The notes: generated from the sequence alone by a model not told the origin. 64,000 nt of DNA from Phoronis australis (GCA_002633005.1 NMRA01000344.1:323776-387775); one strand, 5' to 3'. Counted from the stretch's first letter, positions 24,936 to 39,486 are shown. A program made the numbers and translations.

Positions 24936-27305
24936 GAATAGACTTGAAAAGTGCATAGTTGTCATTTTTAAAAATCTATGAAAATTTTTTTCCTATAGGA
25001 CTGCTCATCAGGCTTGGATGGTAGGAATCTGGGAGCTTAGAAAACAACTGACCGCTTACTTCAGAAAGCCCTTGGTCAAAATGCACAATAGCCCAAGCAG
25101 ACAAATTGGCTTTGGGTATGACAAGCATATACAAGTGCCCTCTGGTGTCTTTTTGCCATGTTATGTAAAACTGGAGCATTACATGCACAAATTTTCATTG
25201 AAAGTTGACCAAAAGTAGCATGTGATATCTGTAAAAGCTCGTTATCCCGGTTCATTATTTCCAAGTAGTAGGAACACGCTCACGTTTATTTCTCAGCTAT
25301 CTTTTGAACAAATTTTACGAAATAAAAAATTGGAATCTAATTCAAATTAACCAACCTCAAATCCGTGCCAGGGATTTTATATAATTTTATTACAACTTAT
25401 TGAAGTTGGAGGTTTGACTTTTTGTTGTGTGTTTGCCAAATCTCAGAAACAAACAAAGTACAAAAACAGGGTGTCATGATGGTTTCATGGTCATAGTTGT
25501 GTATTGGTGACTTAAATAAAACTATTGGAAGATTTTGAAATCAATGACAGAATTTTTTGGAAAACCAAACCAAGAAAAATGACCTTTTTAGGAAAACTTA
25601 AATATTTTTTATTATCAAAATAACTGGTCACTCAAAAAAACATTTTCTTTGCTTTTTCTCAAGTTGTGGGTCACATTTAAGACGACATATCTCAAAGTTT
25701 TCACTTTTTACAGATTAACATGGAAGAACAACAGTGTATCTTCCTCCATTAATTACGCTGAAAATACTCTGTTATTTATCGAGTGGGTTTTAGTTCCGCC
25801 AGCAGAGGGTTTGATTGTGACAGCGAGGGTTTCACGCCAGGGTAATCTCACTAAGTCACGTTTCTTACCAAAAATATCAATTTAAGATCCGGAAATACAT
25901 CAGCAACGAGGCTATTACAAGTTTTTCAAAAGATTTTTGAAATTTGCAGATATTTTTTTTAGGCAATCATGTTGCAATTACTAAAAATATCAACACGTTA
26001 ATATACAAACATTTTGGTATTACTGTACTGGTTTATCGATTTGCAGGTGATTTCGTAAACGCTATATCGTAACAATAGAGATTTGTGATTGTGTATTCCA
26101 TTAAAAAAGTTGAGGTCTTCCATCCCATTTTCAATTTTTTAAACGGTGATTTCTTCAATAACAGGCTTAACACTGAATAACATTTTGAGCTATCTATATT
26201 CGTGTATTGATGATACGTTTACACTACCTGCAATATTTTGGATTGCAACTACATTGTGCTTAATTACCCGTCTTATGGACGAGTTATGCAGGGGTCGCCT
26301 ATAACAAAATTGTAATGCAATATATTTTCATGAAGCTAAATTTATGACAAAGCTTTATTGATCTACCCATCAATGGACTCAAATAAAGCCTTGATTCTGT
26401 GCGAAGTGACTATTTATTATAACACGTTAAGCATTCCAACGATAAGCACTTCAAGTTAACTCCGCATAGTATACTCCTTGTTTGTACAAGGGGTGGCGGT
26501 TAATCTCTGTAAGCGACTTATTACTTGCCAGTAAGGGTATTGATTTAGAACAAAATACCTGTCTTGACACGCGGCGACATTCATAGACGACTATGTTTAT
26601 AAATTGCCCACTGGTCAGTTTAATTAAACTTTAGCCTGTAACAAGGCGTCCGAGTTACCTTACGTTACCAGTCTTATCTGTATCATGTTTTAAAAGCTAA
26701 ACGATGCGACTTTTGGCTACACCGTGTGCACATAAAGACTTAACTGGTAGTTTATAACTTATAAAACGCCCGCCCGACTTCTCTGGGATTGGTTTAGAAT
26801 TAATGCACCTTACGATATTTGACTATTTCGAGCATTTCGGCACCTTTTAAGCGACAAGCTAGGTTTTAGGACAGAATAACGCATTTTGAGGATTACATGT
26901 ATTGTTGGGTTGGACTGATATCTTGAAGTTATTAGCTTCAATCAGAGCTATAAAACATCAAATTCAGTTGTTTTTCGTGATTTTGTTACAAGTCGCCTAT
27001 TCCTAAAGATAATTGCCAATCATTCTATCTGAACTCCAAATTTAAATACACAGCTATTTATCGAGACGGATTATCTCAACGAGCAAAATGTTGGACTGCG
27101 ACCGCGCAGGTTACGCATTCGCCTGGTTCGGCGCTGAGGGTGATCTAAGAAAACCCCCCTCTCTCGCCGACAGTGTCTGACTAAACTAATAATTACGTCA
27201 CGATAAAACTGGGGACGCTTAGGTTGAACACCAAGTTGATCTTAAGTTAGGATGTTGCTTAATTACGGCATGCGAACAGAGCAGTTTGCTGTTCCTGGTT
27301 GCAAG

Positions 27306-28498
27306 AAACAGTCTCAAATGGGAACTCAGCTATCTTCCTGAACTTTTCAAAGTCAAAGAGAAGATCATAACAAAGATAAATTGATAAAAACATTTATTTT
27401 TTAGTAAACAACGACACAAATACGAAAACGATTGAGGGAACTTATATTCCGATGTACTAATAGGCGGCGCACCATAGGGGGCAGTGGCGGATCTAGGATA
27501 CCATAAGGGAGGCCAATATGTTGCCTCCGGGAATTGCCCCCCTCCCCCTAAATCCGCATATGGGGGGCTGGGGGGGTATAACTCACTTTTTTCAGTGCTT
27601 CGCCGCTTATGATACTACGTACATCTTCACAAACAGGCGTTGTACACCTTTACTCCAATTACTAAAAATGTAGAGCAAGTGACCTCCGGTTTATGTGCAG
27701 AGTATACATCATGTACATGCCAACAGGCATGAAACGTTGACTTGACGCTGCTAGCTACTTGGACTGCGCTGTCCCCGGCTTTGTCGCAAATTGTCCGCCT
27801 GGTCGCAATTAGCACAACTGGGAACGTGACGTAGTAGTTTCTACAAGAACAAAACATTGTAATTAACATATGGATTGCAGTCGGTATTTACAATAANAAA
27901 CAGTCTCAAATGGGAACTCAGCTGTCTTCCTGAACTTTTCAAAGTCAAACAGAAGATCATAACAAAGATAAATTGATAAAAACATTTATTTTTTAGTAAA
28001 CAACGACACAAATACGAAAACGATTGAGGGAACTTATATTCCGATGTACTAATAGGCGGCGCACCATAGGGGGCAGTGGCGGATCTAGGATACCATAAGG
28101 GAGGCCAATATGTTGCCTCCGGGAATTGCCCCCCTCCCCCTAAATCCGCCTATGGGGGGCTGGGGGGGTATAACTCACTTTTTTCAGTGCTGCGCCGCCA
28201 ATGATACTACGTACATCTTCACAAACAGGCGTTGTACACCTTTACTCCGATTACTAAAAATGTAGAGCAAGTGACCTCCGGTTTATGTGCAGAGTATACA
28301 TCATGTACATGCCAACAGGCATGAAACGCAGCTTCACGTTGACTTGACGCTGCTAGCTACTTGGACTGCGCTGTCCCCGGCTTTGTCGCAAATTGTCCGC
28401 CTGGTCGCAATTAGCACAACTGGGAACGTGGCGTAGTAGTTTCTACAAGAACAAAACATTGTAATTAACATATGGACTGCAGTCGGTATTTACAATAA
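27306..28498. other. Assembly artefact: ~600-bp haplotype overlap duplicated across a single N
   Basis: 27306-27896 matches 27898-28498 with a few SNPs and a ~10-bp indel; junction is at N27897. Confidence 0.88.
27461..27611. mobile_element. Family-B mini-MITE with a nested hAT-like MITE (repeated at ~28053-28203 by the artefact)
   Basis: taggcggcgcaccatagg[cagtggcggatctagg...cctaaatccgc(c)tatg]ggggctg...tgcttcgccgcttatg. Confidence 0.6.
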
Positions 28499-28667
28499 AC
28501 GAAAGACATACGGAGGCCCTAGGTACAACAGAGAAGGCAACCTTCAATGAAACGGACTTTACTTTTCCACAACGCTGGTTGACAAGAATGTATGCCCCTT
28601 TCCCGTTTCTGAGTGAACACAAAAGAACAAAATAAAACAAATTCTACTTTGAAAACCGTTAAGCAAT

Positions 28668-28829
28668 CAGGGGCGTTTACAGAATTTTAAGTTGGGGGGG
28701 GGGCAGGAGAGAGTATTATCCAGGATTTTGGGCCTCAGACATTCACACTCCCAACACTGCCGAGTGGAGTCTGGGAGAATTTTAGGGGGGGGGGCATGGC
28801 CCCCTTGGCCCCCTCTAAATCCGTCACTG
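28668..28829. mobile_element. hAT-like MITE, family C copy 1
   Basis: caggggcgtttacag ... ctaaatccgtcactg ends; homologous to 28920-29076. Confidence 0.7.
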
Positions 28830-28919
28830 ACAATATTAGAACTATCAAGCTCTCCTAGCTGGGATTCTTTATTCACCCAAGCCAAATATGTAATGTTGAA
28901 AATCTGATATGATGCAAAC

Positions 28920-29076
28920 CCGGGGCGGTTCTAAGATTTTGAGATAGGGAGGGGAGCAGAGTAGAGTATTAACCAGGATTTTGTCCGTCAGACATTCGCA
29001 CCCTCGAACTGCCAAATGGAATTGGGGAGAATTTTAGGGGTGCAAGGCGCCCTTGCTCCCCCCTAAACCCGACACT
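28920..29076. mobile_element. hAT-like MITE, family C copy 2
   Basis: ccggggcggttctaag ... ctaaacccgacactg; shares gagtatta.ccaggattttg..tcagacattc.cac with the previous copy. Confidence 0.65.
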
Positions 29077-29860
29077 GCATTATTAGGGCTCTAAGTTGGT
29101 TGCGTCAAAATAGATTGGGGAAATAAAACCCGGTGATCGTAGCTTATTCCACGGGGGTCTTTCATGATACTGAATGCCAAGTAAGCGATTTGTGCTCCCG
29201 AAAACCTAAGCATATACAAAATGTTCACTAGTCCAATTAATCGACAGCACATCGCTTAAAAATTTACCATTTCATAAAAAGATACGGTAGCGCCGAACGA
29301 ATACGGTAAACAGGGTTATCTTTAGATAGTTGGGTGGGGTTCTGTTGGGGTGAAGTTGACTTGAGTAAAATGACTCGACAGCCGTAGTAACGAAACCAGT
29401 GTGACACAGATGAGAGCCAGTAGGACGTTGATTTATAGCTGGGAAATAATAGCGGGTAAGTTTTCTTCTTAAATTTTATTGAAATTAAAATTAAAGACAA
29501 AGAAATGCAAACGTTATATTTCTTACAACATTATACTTCTGTTAGGCTACTTTCAATACTTGAATAAAAACACCGGCATGTTTACAAGAAATTTTCTATC
29601 ATAGTAACTGCACGAATATTGTTTGCAAAGATTACCTGGCGATTGAACGTTACACATAAAAATGCCGCAGTGGTGATCTGGTCCAAACACTTATTCTGGA
29701 AAGCAAAAACGAATCACAGGCTCTGAATGATAACCTAAGGGTATTATTTTTCACCTTACAATTTCAGGCAGTGCTTTAACGATAGTGTCTTCAGCATCTA
29801 AAAAAAGTCGAGACCCATAACGAGCGAAACCTCTTTTATACAGACTTATCAGGTATCAAC

Positions 29861-32800
29861 ATGCCCAGAATGAATTTTATAGTTTTTGTGGCCTTCATCG
29901 CTATATGGAGTACAGCTACGAATTCACAGAACGTGACTTCAGTTAAATTTACCTCAACAACTCGGAAAACGGACATCGGAAGTAGCCAAACAACTACCGT
30001 TGAAGGCACTACTGAAGATCTTACAGCGACAGAGGTGTTGTTCACTACATGGAAGAAAAAGGCGAGTATCAATACACCGAAGGCCTTAACCGCGGCGACA
30101 ACAGAGAGTGTAGCAGGTCAGACAACCGTGAACAGTTTGGACACAACGACCACAAAACAGCCAAAAACGGCTACGCAAGTTGAGCCGAGAATTACACAGT
30201 CCAACAAATCAGAGACGATGATTACTTCCGATCTTACAAGCACAACATTGCTACAACCATTCCCAAGCATTAACTACACCACGGAAACCACAGTTACTCA
30301 GGAAGCTTTGCCGCAAACAAACAAAACAACTGTACCTACCATCAAATATTCACTAAATACCACGGTCGTCTCATCAACTGTCAAACAAATCAGCACTACA
30401 CCTATACTGAACACAGTGCACAATACGACCACGCCACGAAGCAGAAACACAAAGGCCTCTACCGTTATTCCAGCATCTACCACGCGATCTAGCACCGCAC
30501 TCTTGCCAAACAATAGTCAGCCACTGAATATTACCGTTGCTTCCTTATCAACGAAGAAAGCAACTGTCATGGCAGTGACCAACAGCACACCTTTAATGAG
30601 CGCCACAACCTCTCGTGAGGCAAACAGCTCCATGATTCCAAACATCAAACGATCATCGCCAGTTTCTCCTACTTCGACAGTGAAAACAAGAACTGCACTG
30701 TCGGCATACAACAATTCTACAGTCCAGCCAACGGTCTCCGAGCAAACTTACACCGAGGCGATGTTGTCAACTGGCAAATCTTCAACGAATGCCACTGTTG
30801 TCCCATCAACTATAACAAAACCAAAAATCTCGTACGAGACCAATACCAACTCTTCAATTGAAGTTACCACAGTGCCAACAACAAATGCACACACTAAGAC
30901 CACGAACGTTACAGTTAAAAACAACAAAACCGCCCCCAAAACCAAACTTTCTACTGCAAAACTTCCAAAAACTACCACACAGAACATTCGCGTCAGTCAG
31001 AAACCTTTAACAACGCTACTAACACCAAAACCCACATATGTGACAAAGGCAAAACACCCAGAAAACATCACACGATTGCCAATTAATGTCACTGAAGTGA
31101 ATACTAAAACCACGAACAACAACCTGACAACAACTATAACACCTAAAGCAACAGATACGACAACGACTAAACCCTCAACAAACACCAGCGACACACAAAC
31201 ACTTGTAAATACAACAATCAGGCCAAATACGACAACAATCAGGCCAAATACAACAAAAATGACAAAGCTGAATATCACAGATGTACCGAAGATCAAGTAT
31301 TCAAAAATTATCGGTAGCACACAAACAAGTGTTGTTCAACAGAATACCACAGGTAAGAATAGCACTCGAACAACTCCGGGAAAACAAAACACCAAAGAAT
31401 TCGCAAACACCAAATATTCAACTAATAACCCAAGCACACCTACAACTGCAAGTCAGACAAAGAAAACAGCCAAGGTTACCAATCTGGAAACTACGTTTAA
31501 ACCAAGCACCTCCCATTTGGCGCGCACTAAACCAGGAAACACCACAGTAGCGCCTATTAGTGTTATTCACCAAAATGCTACAGTAGAGTTTAAAGCCTCT
31601 GCAACTTCTGTGAAACCAGACACCACGGATAAGCCAAAGACAAAAGTTGTACCTAGCAGCACAGAGAGATACACAACTAACATCCAAAAGAATTCTACAA
31701 TCATAGGTAACATGTCGACATTTACGATGAAACCAAACCCCACCGCTGTGCAGGAAACAGAGTCTCTAGTGAAGACCACAAATGGTAATACAGCTGATCT
31801 TCATTTCAATACTACACCCACTCTTCAAATTACGACAGCTACGGAGACACCCAAAACAACAGACGCTCACACAACTTTCATTCAACCCACAACTACAACC
31901 ATGCGTAACACAACTGTGGCAAAAACGAAAAGTGAGCCAGAAACCAGCCTTTCAACGAAAAGTTCCGCGGCAATGACGACACCTATTGATCCAAAAGCTA
32001 GAGTCACGAGAAGTACTACAACAACACCAGTGAAACCGAACACCAAAAAAACAAAATATTCAGGGAACTCCACAAGCGCAACTACATCTGCTACGCAACC
32101 AAATTCTATGGCTAGCCAAAAGACGTCGACAATGGCTAAACCGAGCACCACCTATATCCACAAGAAAAACACTTTGGCTGTTACCACGGCTGCATCTGTA
32201 ACAGGTAATCGGCCGAATGCTACAGATTCGCAAAACACTACAGTTTCGATAAAACCAACATTTGTTGGTAACACCGCACGTGAACCTTCAACAGCAGTTC
32301 AACCAAAATCCACAATCAAACTTAACACTTCAACGACTACGTCACTACCAACGTTCTCAGCCACGCAAAACACCACGAGGTCATCAGCCACGCAAAATAT
32401 CAGAAGATCAACCCTCATAACAGATGTACCTACGACTGTTATTCATCGAAATATCACGTATAAACAAAACGCTTCTGCAAGTACAATTAAACACAAAACT
32501 ACTGACATTTCACTTTCAACTACTATCCAACAAAACACGACAGAAATGCTTGAAATGACAACTAATATAATACCGATTTCCACCAACATGCCAAAGACCA
32601 AGTCTTCATCAAACACCACCGCTGTAGCTACGTCTGTTATGAAACCAAATACCACAGTCGTACCTAAAACACTGGTAACTAAGGTAAAATCGAATACTAC
32701 AATTGAGCGAAAGACCAACTTGTCAACGTACGCAAGTAGTGCGACGCCACCTGTTGTTCAACCCAATTCTACAGTCATCTATAACTCCTCAACAACTACA

Positions 32801-35800
32801 GCAAAGCCAAACGCCACATACATGGTGAAAACGAAACCTTTAGAAAATTCCACACGATCTCCAACAGCTAATATTCAACTGAATGTTACGGAAATGCTTA
32901 ATATTTCGACTACTACGTCAAAATCGAATACCACAAATGAGCCGAAAACCAAATTTTCAGCCACACGAACACCCATAACGGCTAGTAAGCCGAACGGTAC
33001 GAACAAATTCAATACTTCAATTACTACGATAAAGCCGAATCCCATTGACACGATCAAGACCAAATTTACAACAAACATCACGCGTGCACCTACATCTGCT
33101 TACCAACTGACTACCACGGTAACGCGAAACACTTCGACAACAATGGGGAAGCCAAGCACACCACATATGCCAAAGACAACTTCTTTATTTAACACCACGG
33201 GCGCAACTATAACTCTCAATCAACCGAACGCTACAGGCCATCAAAAATCTCTGACAAGTACGGAACAGCCAAAATCAGCTGCCAACGTTACAGTCGCACC
33301 CACAACTAACATTCGACTGAATTTTACGAATATGCCTAAAATTGCAACAATGATACAACCGAACTCCACAGACCCACCGACGACTAAGTCTTCATTACAC
33401 ACCACTGACGCACCTTTATCTTTTCCTCAACCAAATACTACAGTTACACTTAAAACACTACCAACTACGGCGAAACCGAATACCACAAGTGAGCCAAAAG
33501 CCAACACTTCAACGAACACGAGTGGAACACCAACAACCGTTATCAAAATGAATTCTACAATGATATACTACGCTACGACAGCTGCAATTAAGCCAAACGG
33601 CACAGTATCAATGAAGACAGAATCTTTAGTAAAAACTACAGTTCCACCGACAGCTGTTGTTCACCACAATGCTACGAACATGCTGAACACATCTATTACT
33701 GTGATCAAACCGAATTCCACAAACGTGCATTTAGCTTACACAAGTACTCCTGCACCTACGATGCGGCTGAATGCTACCATGACAACTACTGAACAACCGA
33801 ACACCACAGAAAAGTTAAAATCAGAAACTGCGAGGAACACCACAAGCTTACCCACAAACGCGACGGATAAGGCCAACGCTTCGAGCATGACAAAACCGAA
33901 ATCCACTGACGTGCCATGGAGCAAACGCTCAACAAACACCACAACCGCACCCACGTCTACTATCCAGCAGAATACCGCGTCAACGCAAAACACCCCGCCA
34001 ACAATAATTAAAGCAAGCACCACAATCGGGCTAATGACAATCTCGTTATCAAACGGCACAGCTACAACCACAGTTGGTAATCCACCGAATACTACAGACA
34101 TGCAAAACACTCTAACAAGTACGACGAAACCAAAACACGTTCCTAACACTACGACAGATGTTCAACTAAATACCACGGCCAGGTTAAACACTTTGATAAC
34201 GCTGATAAAACTGTACACTACAGATGTGCCAAAGACCACATTTCCAAAAAATCATAATGTTACAGCCATGCGCGGTACTTCTTCATCTACATCTACACAA
34301 AACCCAACCACCACAGTTAAGCGAATAACAAACGCTTCATTGAACTCAACAGATCAACCCATAACCGTTACTCACCCGAAGACTAGTGCGGTTATGGCAA
34401 ACACTTCGATAAAAGCCAACACCACAGCAATGCCGAAAACAGAAGCTTCAGCGAACATCACTGGCGCGCCTAAAACTGTTATTCAAACGAACAGCACAAG
34501 ATTGCAAAACACCCTGACACCTACGGTCAAACCCAACGCCACAGACGTTCCAAAGACAACGTTTGTAGCGAACACCACCGATGCACCCACAGGTGTTATT
34601 GACCTGAATGTCACAGCCACGCCCAAGACTTCGAGCACTATGAACAAAATGAATACCACAGGCGGGCCAGAGCTCAACACGTCTGAAAGCACAACAAACG
34701 CGCCTACATCGGTTCTTCGAAAAAATAATACAGTATCAGTTTACACGCCGACAACTATGACGAAACCGAATACCACTAGTGAGCAAAAAACCCATTCCTT
34801 AACGACCAAAACTGGTAAGTCTACGACTACTATAAACCAAAATTATAACACTCCGGCAACTGTGGTGAAACAGAACTCTACAGATGTACCAAAGACTAGC
34901 TCTTCACAGAACACTACAGATGTTCCACAGACTAGATCTTCACAGAACACTACACATGTATCACAGACTAGATCTTCACAGAACACTACAGATGTACCAC
35001 AGACTAGTTCATTACAAAACACTACAGATGTACCAGAGACTAGCTCTTTACAGAACACTACAGGTGTTCCACAAACTAACTCTCCACAGAACGCTACAAA
35101 TGTTCCACAGACTAGCTCTTCACAGAACACTACAGATGTACCACAGACTAGTTCATTACAAAACACTACAGATGTACCAGAGACTAGCTCTCCACAGAAC
35201 ACTACATATGTTTCACAGACTAACTCTTCACAGAGCATTACAGATGTACCACAGACTAGCTCTTCTGTTGACACCAAACGCATAACAACAACAGTGACAA
35301 ATATAAACACTGCAATATTACCAAATACCCAATCCTCATCGAAAGTTCCAATAGTTTGGACAACCATAATGCAGCCAAACACTACAGCCGGTTTTAACTC
35401 CACGCCGCTTAACACCATAAACTCTTCAACAACTACAGCAAATACAAACACCAACACTGTATCAAGTACCAGGTTTTCCATAAGCACTACTGTCTCTTTA
35501 AAATCAACAATACCGACAAACACTGCAGCAGAAACAAAAACGTTTTCGCCTGTGAACAATACAATCATGACACCAACCAAACCAACAGAGACCACTTTCC
35601 TACCAACAAGTACAAGTCAATGGAAAATGACTAACGAGTCAACGTCCAGAAACATTTCAGACGCTCCCACAACAAGTTCGCCATCATTAACTACGCTTGA
35701 TTCGTCCCCGGAGGTACCGGCAAGTAATGCACCCACGATCACGTCAACAGCAAACACGGTGGGAAGGAAAAGTTCATCATTGACCTCTTCAACATCACCG

Positions 35801-36086
35801 CCAAGGACCTCTTCACATGATCGCAATTCGGTTACTTCAACTACAACAATGAATCCGGTATCCAGCTCAGATACAACGACAACAAGAAGATCGAATTCAA
35901 CGACTTTGTGCTCTTCTCCAATACTTGACGAAAATACAAAAGCCCTGAACCAGCATCAGAACTTGTACAAGACCGACGAAACAATGTATTTTGATTGCAG
36001 GGAGGGATACGAATATCATAACGGAAGTTATGACATCGTTTGTATGGATGACGGAAATTGGAGTGATGACCCAGTGGTTTGTAAAA
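29861..36086 (+). CDS. Transmembrane mucin, first coding exon: signal peptide, ~2000-aa PTS region and sushi/CCP domain 1
   Basis: MPRMNFIVFVAFIAIWSTATNS signal; T/S/P/N/K-rich ORF; CSSP...FDCREGY...IVCMDDGNWSDDPVVC sushi at ~35909-36082; upstream acceptor atttcag| at 29767; donor a|gtaagt at 36086 (phase 1). Confidence 0.92.
34871..35266 (+). repeat. Coding 36-bp tandem repeat, 11 x 12 aa (QNTTDVPQTSSS)
   Basis: Directly visible in both DNA and translation. Confidence 0.95.
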
Positions 36087-36897
36087 GTAAGTCCCCATTC
36101 GTCACAACATTTTGTAGTAAACACGAGATTGCCTTTCGGTGAAAAAACGACGCTAATGACAATTCTGTAGGTCACGATGCAAAGCATCGAATAACATGTG
36201 AATATTAGCACTATGGGCACTGCGTTGTAAGCAATAGCAAGTTTTGGCCAACCGTCTGAATATGAGTACAGTGGCTTTTATTTGATGTAAGGTGGTTCAA
36301 TTATTGCTACTGCAGACATCAGTGGACTACGTGTATCTCGAGAAAAGTCAAATATCGTAAGAACGCAAATTACGCAAGTGAAGGACGTCGGTTTTGCTAG
36401 GGAGCTGTCTAGTTTATTCTAGAAAAAAGTGATCGATTACTTTGGATTGCTGAACTATGGGATTCATTCACTGTTTCAATTTCATAAGCGAAGATTTTTC
36501 ACAAATTTCTTTACTTGCAAACATAGTCTAACGTGTATCCTTGGCATAAACTCATCTTCCAAGAGAGCTGTTGTATACGGTAGCTTTTCAGAAATACATG
36601 TAGATAAAGTTGACATTCCTTGGGACAAAACCGCAACTACATTTCTTGTCGACAAGAATGTATTTCAGTTCTGGTTAACCCAGTTGATCGATGCACATGG
36701 TTGACATCGTGACATCTTACAGAACAAGTGCTTTAATAAATCAACAGTTAGTGACTATGCGCAATATTGTAACAATAAACTCCTACCAAATTTTGTGTTT
36801 ATCTAAGTTTGATAGTTTATTTTGAAAAGTTCTGTACCTACACCTACAGACGGCATAGAGAATGATACAGAAATGTTCTTGTACATATTCTTTGTAG

Positions 36898-37077
36898 GAA
36901 AATTCTGCGAGGAACCAAATGTTGAGGCAAGCACGCTGGAAGATTTTAGGCAGGGATTGGCACCAGGAGACCGGATATTCTTCATATGTGCTGAAGGCTA
37001 CGTAAAATACAGCGGAAGTGACGAGATTGAGTGCCTGCCAGAACGCGTATGGGATAAACAGCCACTGGTATGCATAA
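36898..37077 (+). CDS. Mucin exon: sushi/CCP domain 2
   Basis: tttgtag| acceptor and |gtaagt donor, phase 1-1, 180 nt; FCEEP...FICAEGY...IECLPERVWDKQPLVC. Confidence 0.9.
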
Positions 37078-37380
37078 GTAAGTGTTTTGCATACTTACTC
37101 TAAGTCAGTGGAGTCATTGTGAGATGAGATGAAGCAAATCAAGATACTGGAGACAGAGTACTGAAATATCTGATAGGAAAAATAGATATGGATTTTGAAG
37201 GATTTTAAATTTGCTACCTCGTTGTTTTGCATATCCCTAACGTGTTGCCTGGTCATAAAACCTGCTGAAAGCTTTAATATCGTCTGTCAGTTTGTTTCTG
37301 TGATTTTACTTAGTAGAAATATTGTCATGTTACACAATGATTGTTGTTGCCATATTGTCAACATGTTTACGTTTTTGTAG

Positions 37381-37929
37381 GAAACGGTACAATGTTTACA
37401 ACAGAGACGTCTACCATTCATGTCACCACGCCTGAGACCACGATCAAAACCAACTCGCATCCACAAAGCACCGCTAAATCGGCGACAGGAGACAGTGCAA
37501 CATCAGAGTTACAATCAACTCCATCCACCGCTACGATGTCTAAAGAGTGGACAGCAACTTTATCACCAGAACCAGATGTTACCACAACTGCAGGTGACAA
37601 GATAATGTCGTCAAGAAAAACTACAGTCTCAAAGAGCACCACAACGGTAGTAACGACAAGCAGAGGGGACAAAACAAATGTTCCAATTTCATCTGTGAGC
37701 AAAACGTATACAGGCGCATCTAGCACCCATTCTTTTGGAGTCGTTAACACAACTATTGCTGCAAACACAAGCGACACGTTGATGAGATTATCGACGGCGA
37801 GCATAGCGAAGACAACGTCAACTCTTGCCCTGTCTACACTGTTTAAGTCGTCGTCAACGATAAAATCAACAACAAGGAAGCCAGTGGGAACCACTATGAC
37901 ACAGCCTCTAAGACCAAAGCCTAAGTTAC
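37381..37929 (+). CDS. Mucin exon: second S/T-rich region
   Basis: ttttgtag| acceptor and |gtaagt donor, phase 1-1, 549 nt, open and T/S-rich. Confidence 0.88.
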
Positions 37930-38299
37930 GTAAGTGAAGAAATTGTAACCTATAAAGGACCAATTTCTAGTTCCACTAGTTATTGCAGTTTAAGATTTGC
38001 CCCTTTCACAAGAAGATTGAACTTGGATGGCTTGAAATATGTAGTCTTGTCTGCAGCTTTCTGTTTATACATGTGCGTAAGCCCATATCGATGCGTAGAC
38101 CTGAATCGGAGCTCCCTTGTCTAAAATAAAAATTGTTGACAAAACCAATTAACAGCAAACAAAACCAGAGAGTGTCATATGAGACTAATAGATACCAATA
38201 CACGTGGTTACCTGACAACTTCAATGGCGTGGCAAAATCAAGTAATTTAAAAATTGTTCCGAAAGTAAATTTTAGCATCATATGACATTATGCCCACAG

Positions 38300-38427
38300 G
38301 TGTCACTACGATAACGATTACCCTGTCGATAAAAATGACGTCGTACTTCACGTCAGCAACGAATGAAGAACTGCGAGACGTTACCTCCGTCGCATTTACA
38401 ACGATCTCCATTCAGATTAGAATTTCG
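38300..38427 (+). CDS. Mucin exon: SEA domain N-terminal half
   Basis: cccacag| acceptor and |gtaagt donor, phase 1-0; VTTITITLSIKMTSYFTSATNEELRDVTSVAFTTISIQIRIS fits the SEA L.D..S..F pattern. Confidence 0.8.
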
Positions 38428-38849
38428 GTAAGTTCACAAAAACGTGTAGCCTAACTGGTTTCTTTATATTTGAGAATTCTAAAATCAAATGCTTTAAAAT
38501 TATATGTGTTTAAACAGAGAAACTGGTTGAATGATTATTAAGAATTTCCTTCTTCAACCAAATCTTTCTATGTTCAAATGTCCGAAACGAAATTGGTTTA
38601 CTTCAACTCCAGTTCCTTGAAGTATTGCATCATACCATCATTATTTATAGAACAAGTCTTACGTTTTTTGGAAGGCGAGGTTTAAGATTTGGCTATGGTA
38701 AACCATCGTGGTTATATACATGAAACGTTTTGCTGATATAAAGAACACCGGTAAACTTTGAATTATCACAACCATTAGCAATCACAGTATACAGAATGTT
38801 CCATCGAAGTTGGAATCCCGGTGTAAAAACGGATATCAAACCAGGCGTG

Positions 38850-38981
38850 CGTTCAGTAACGCTAGGACCTACGCTAGTACATAGCTAAAACTTAGCCAAA
38901 GTCACGTGCTTTCCTTTGAAATACACAGCAATATCTCACGTAATCTCTTGCCTTTTAGAGAGGTCCCAGCGTTACTAAACG
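38850..38981. mobile_element. Intronic MITE
   Basis: cgttcagtaacgctaggacct / aggtcccagcgttactaaacg inverted repeats. Confidence 0.6.
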
Positions 38982-39021
38982 GGAGGCAGGTAACCAGTCG
39001 GAAAAACATGAACTCCTATCG

Positions 39022-39486
39022 TTGGCCAAACGTTACCCCCATAAATTTGGGTTCGAAAATTAATTCTTGTTAGTGTCGCAAATTGATTGTTAATTGCATA
39101 AATTAATTATATTGTAGCATACATCACTTTTTAACGACGTAAATTAATTGTTTGTGGCGTATATTAACCTTTAACTGCGTAAATTACATATTTGCAGCGA
39201 AAATTAACTTTTAAGGACGCAAAGTAATTATTTGTGCTGTAACATAATTATTTTGCTGCGTAAATTAATTTTAACGGCGTAAATGAATTTTTGTTAATTG
39301 AGTAAATTGATTATTAGAGGGTAAATTAAATCTTTGCGGCGTAAATCAATTATTAACGACAAAAATAATTATTTAGGGCGCAAATTAACTTTTAACGGAG
39401 TAAGTTAATCATTAATTATACACGCCGTAAACTAAGGTTAATTGGTACACGCAATTTACGTGTGTAACGTTCACCCATTTGGCCAA
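39022..39486. mobile_element. Intronic TIR element with an internal degenerate ~21-bp tandem array
   Basis: ttggccaaa...tttggccaa ends; many internal cgtaaattaatt-type units. Confidence 0.6.

Noticed and set aside
29836-37963. Many Val-rich minus-strand ORFs, including the 250-aa VVFCEELVCGTS repeat
   Set aside because: They are antisense shadows of Thr (ACN) codons in the mucin.
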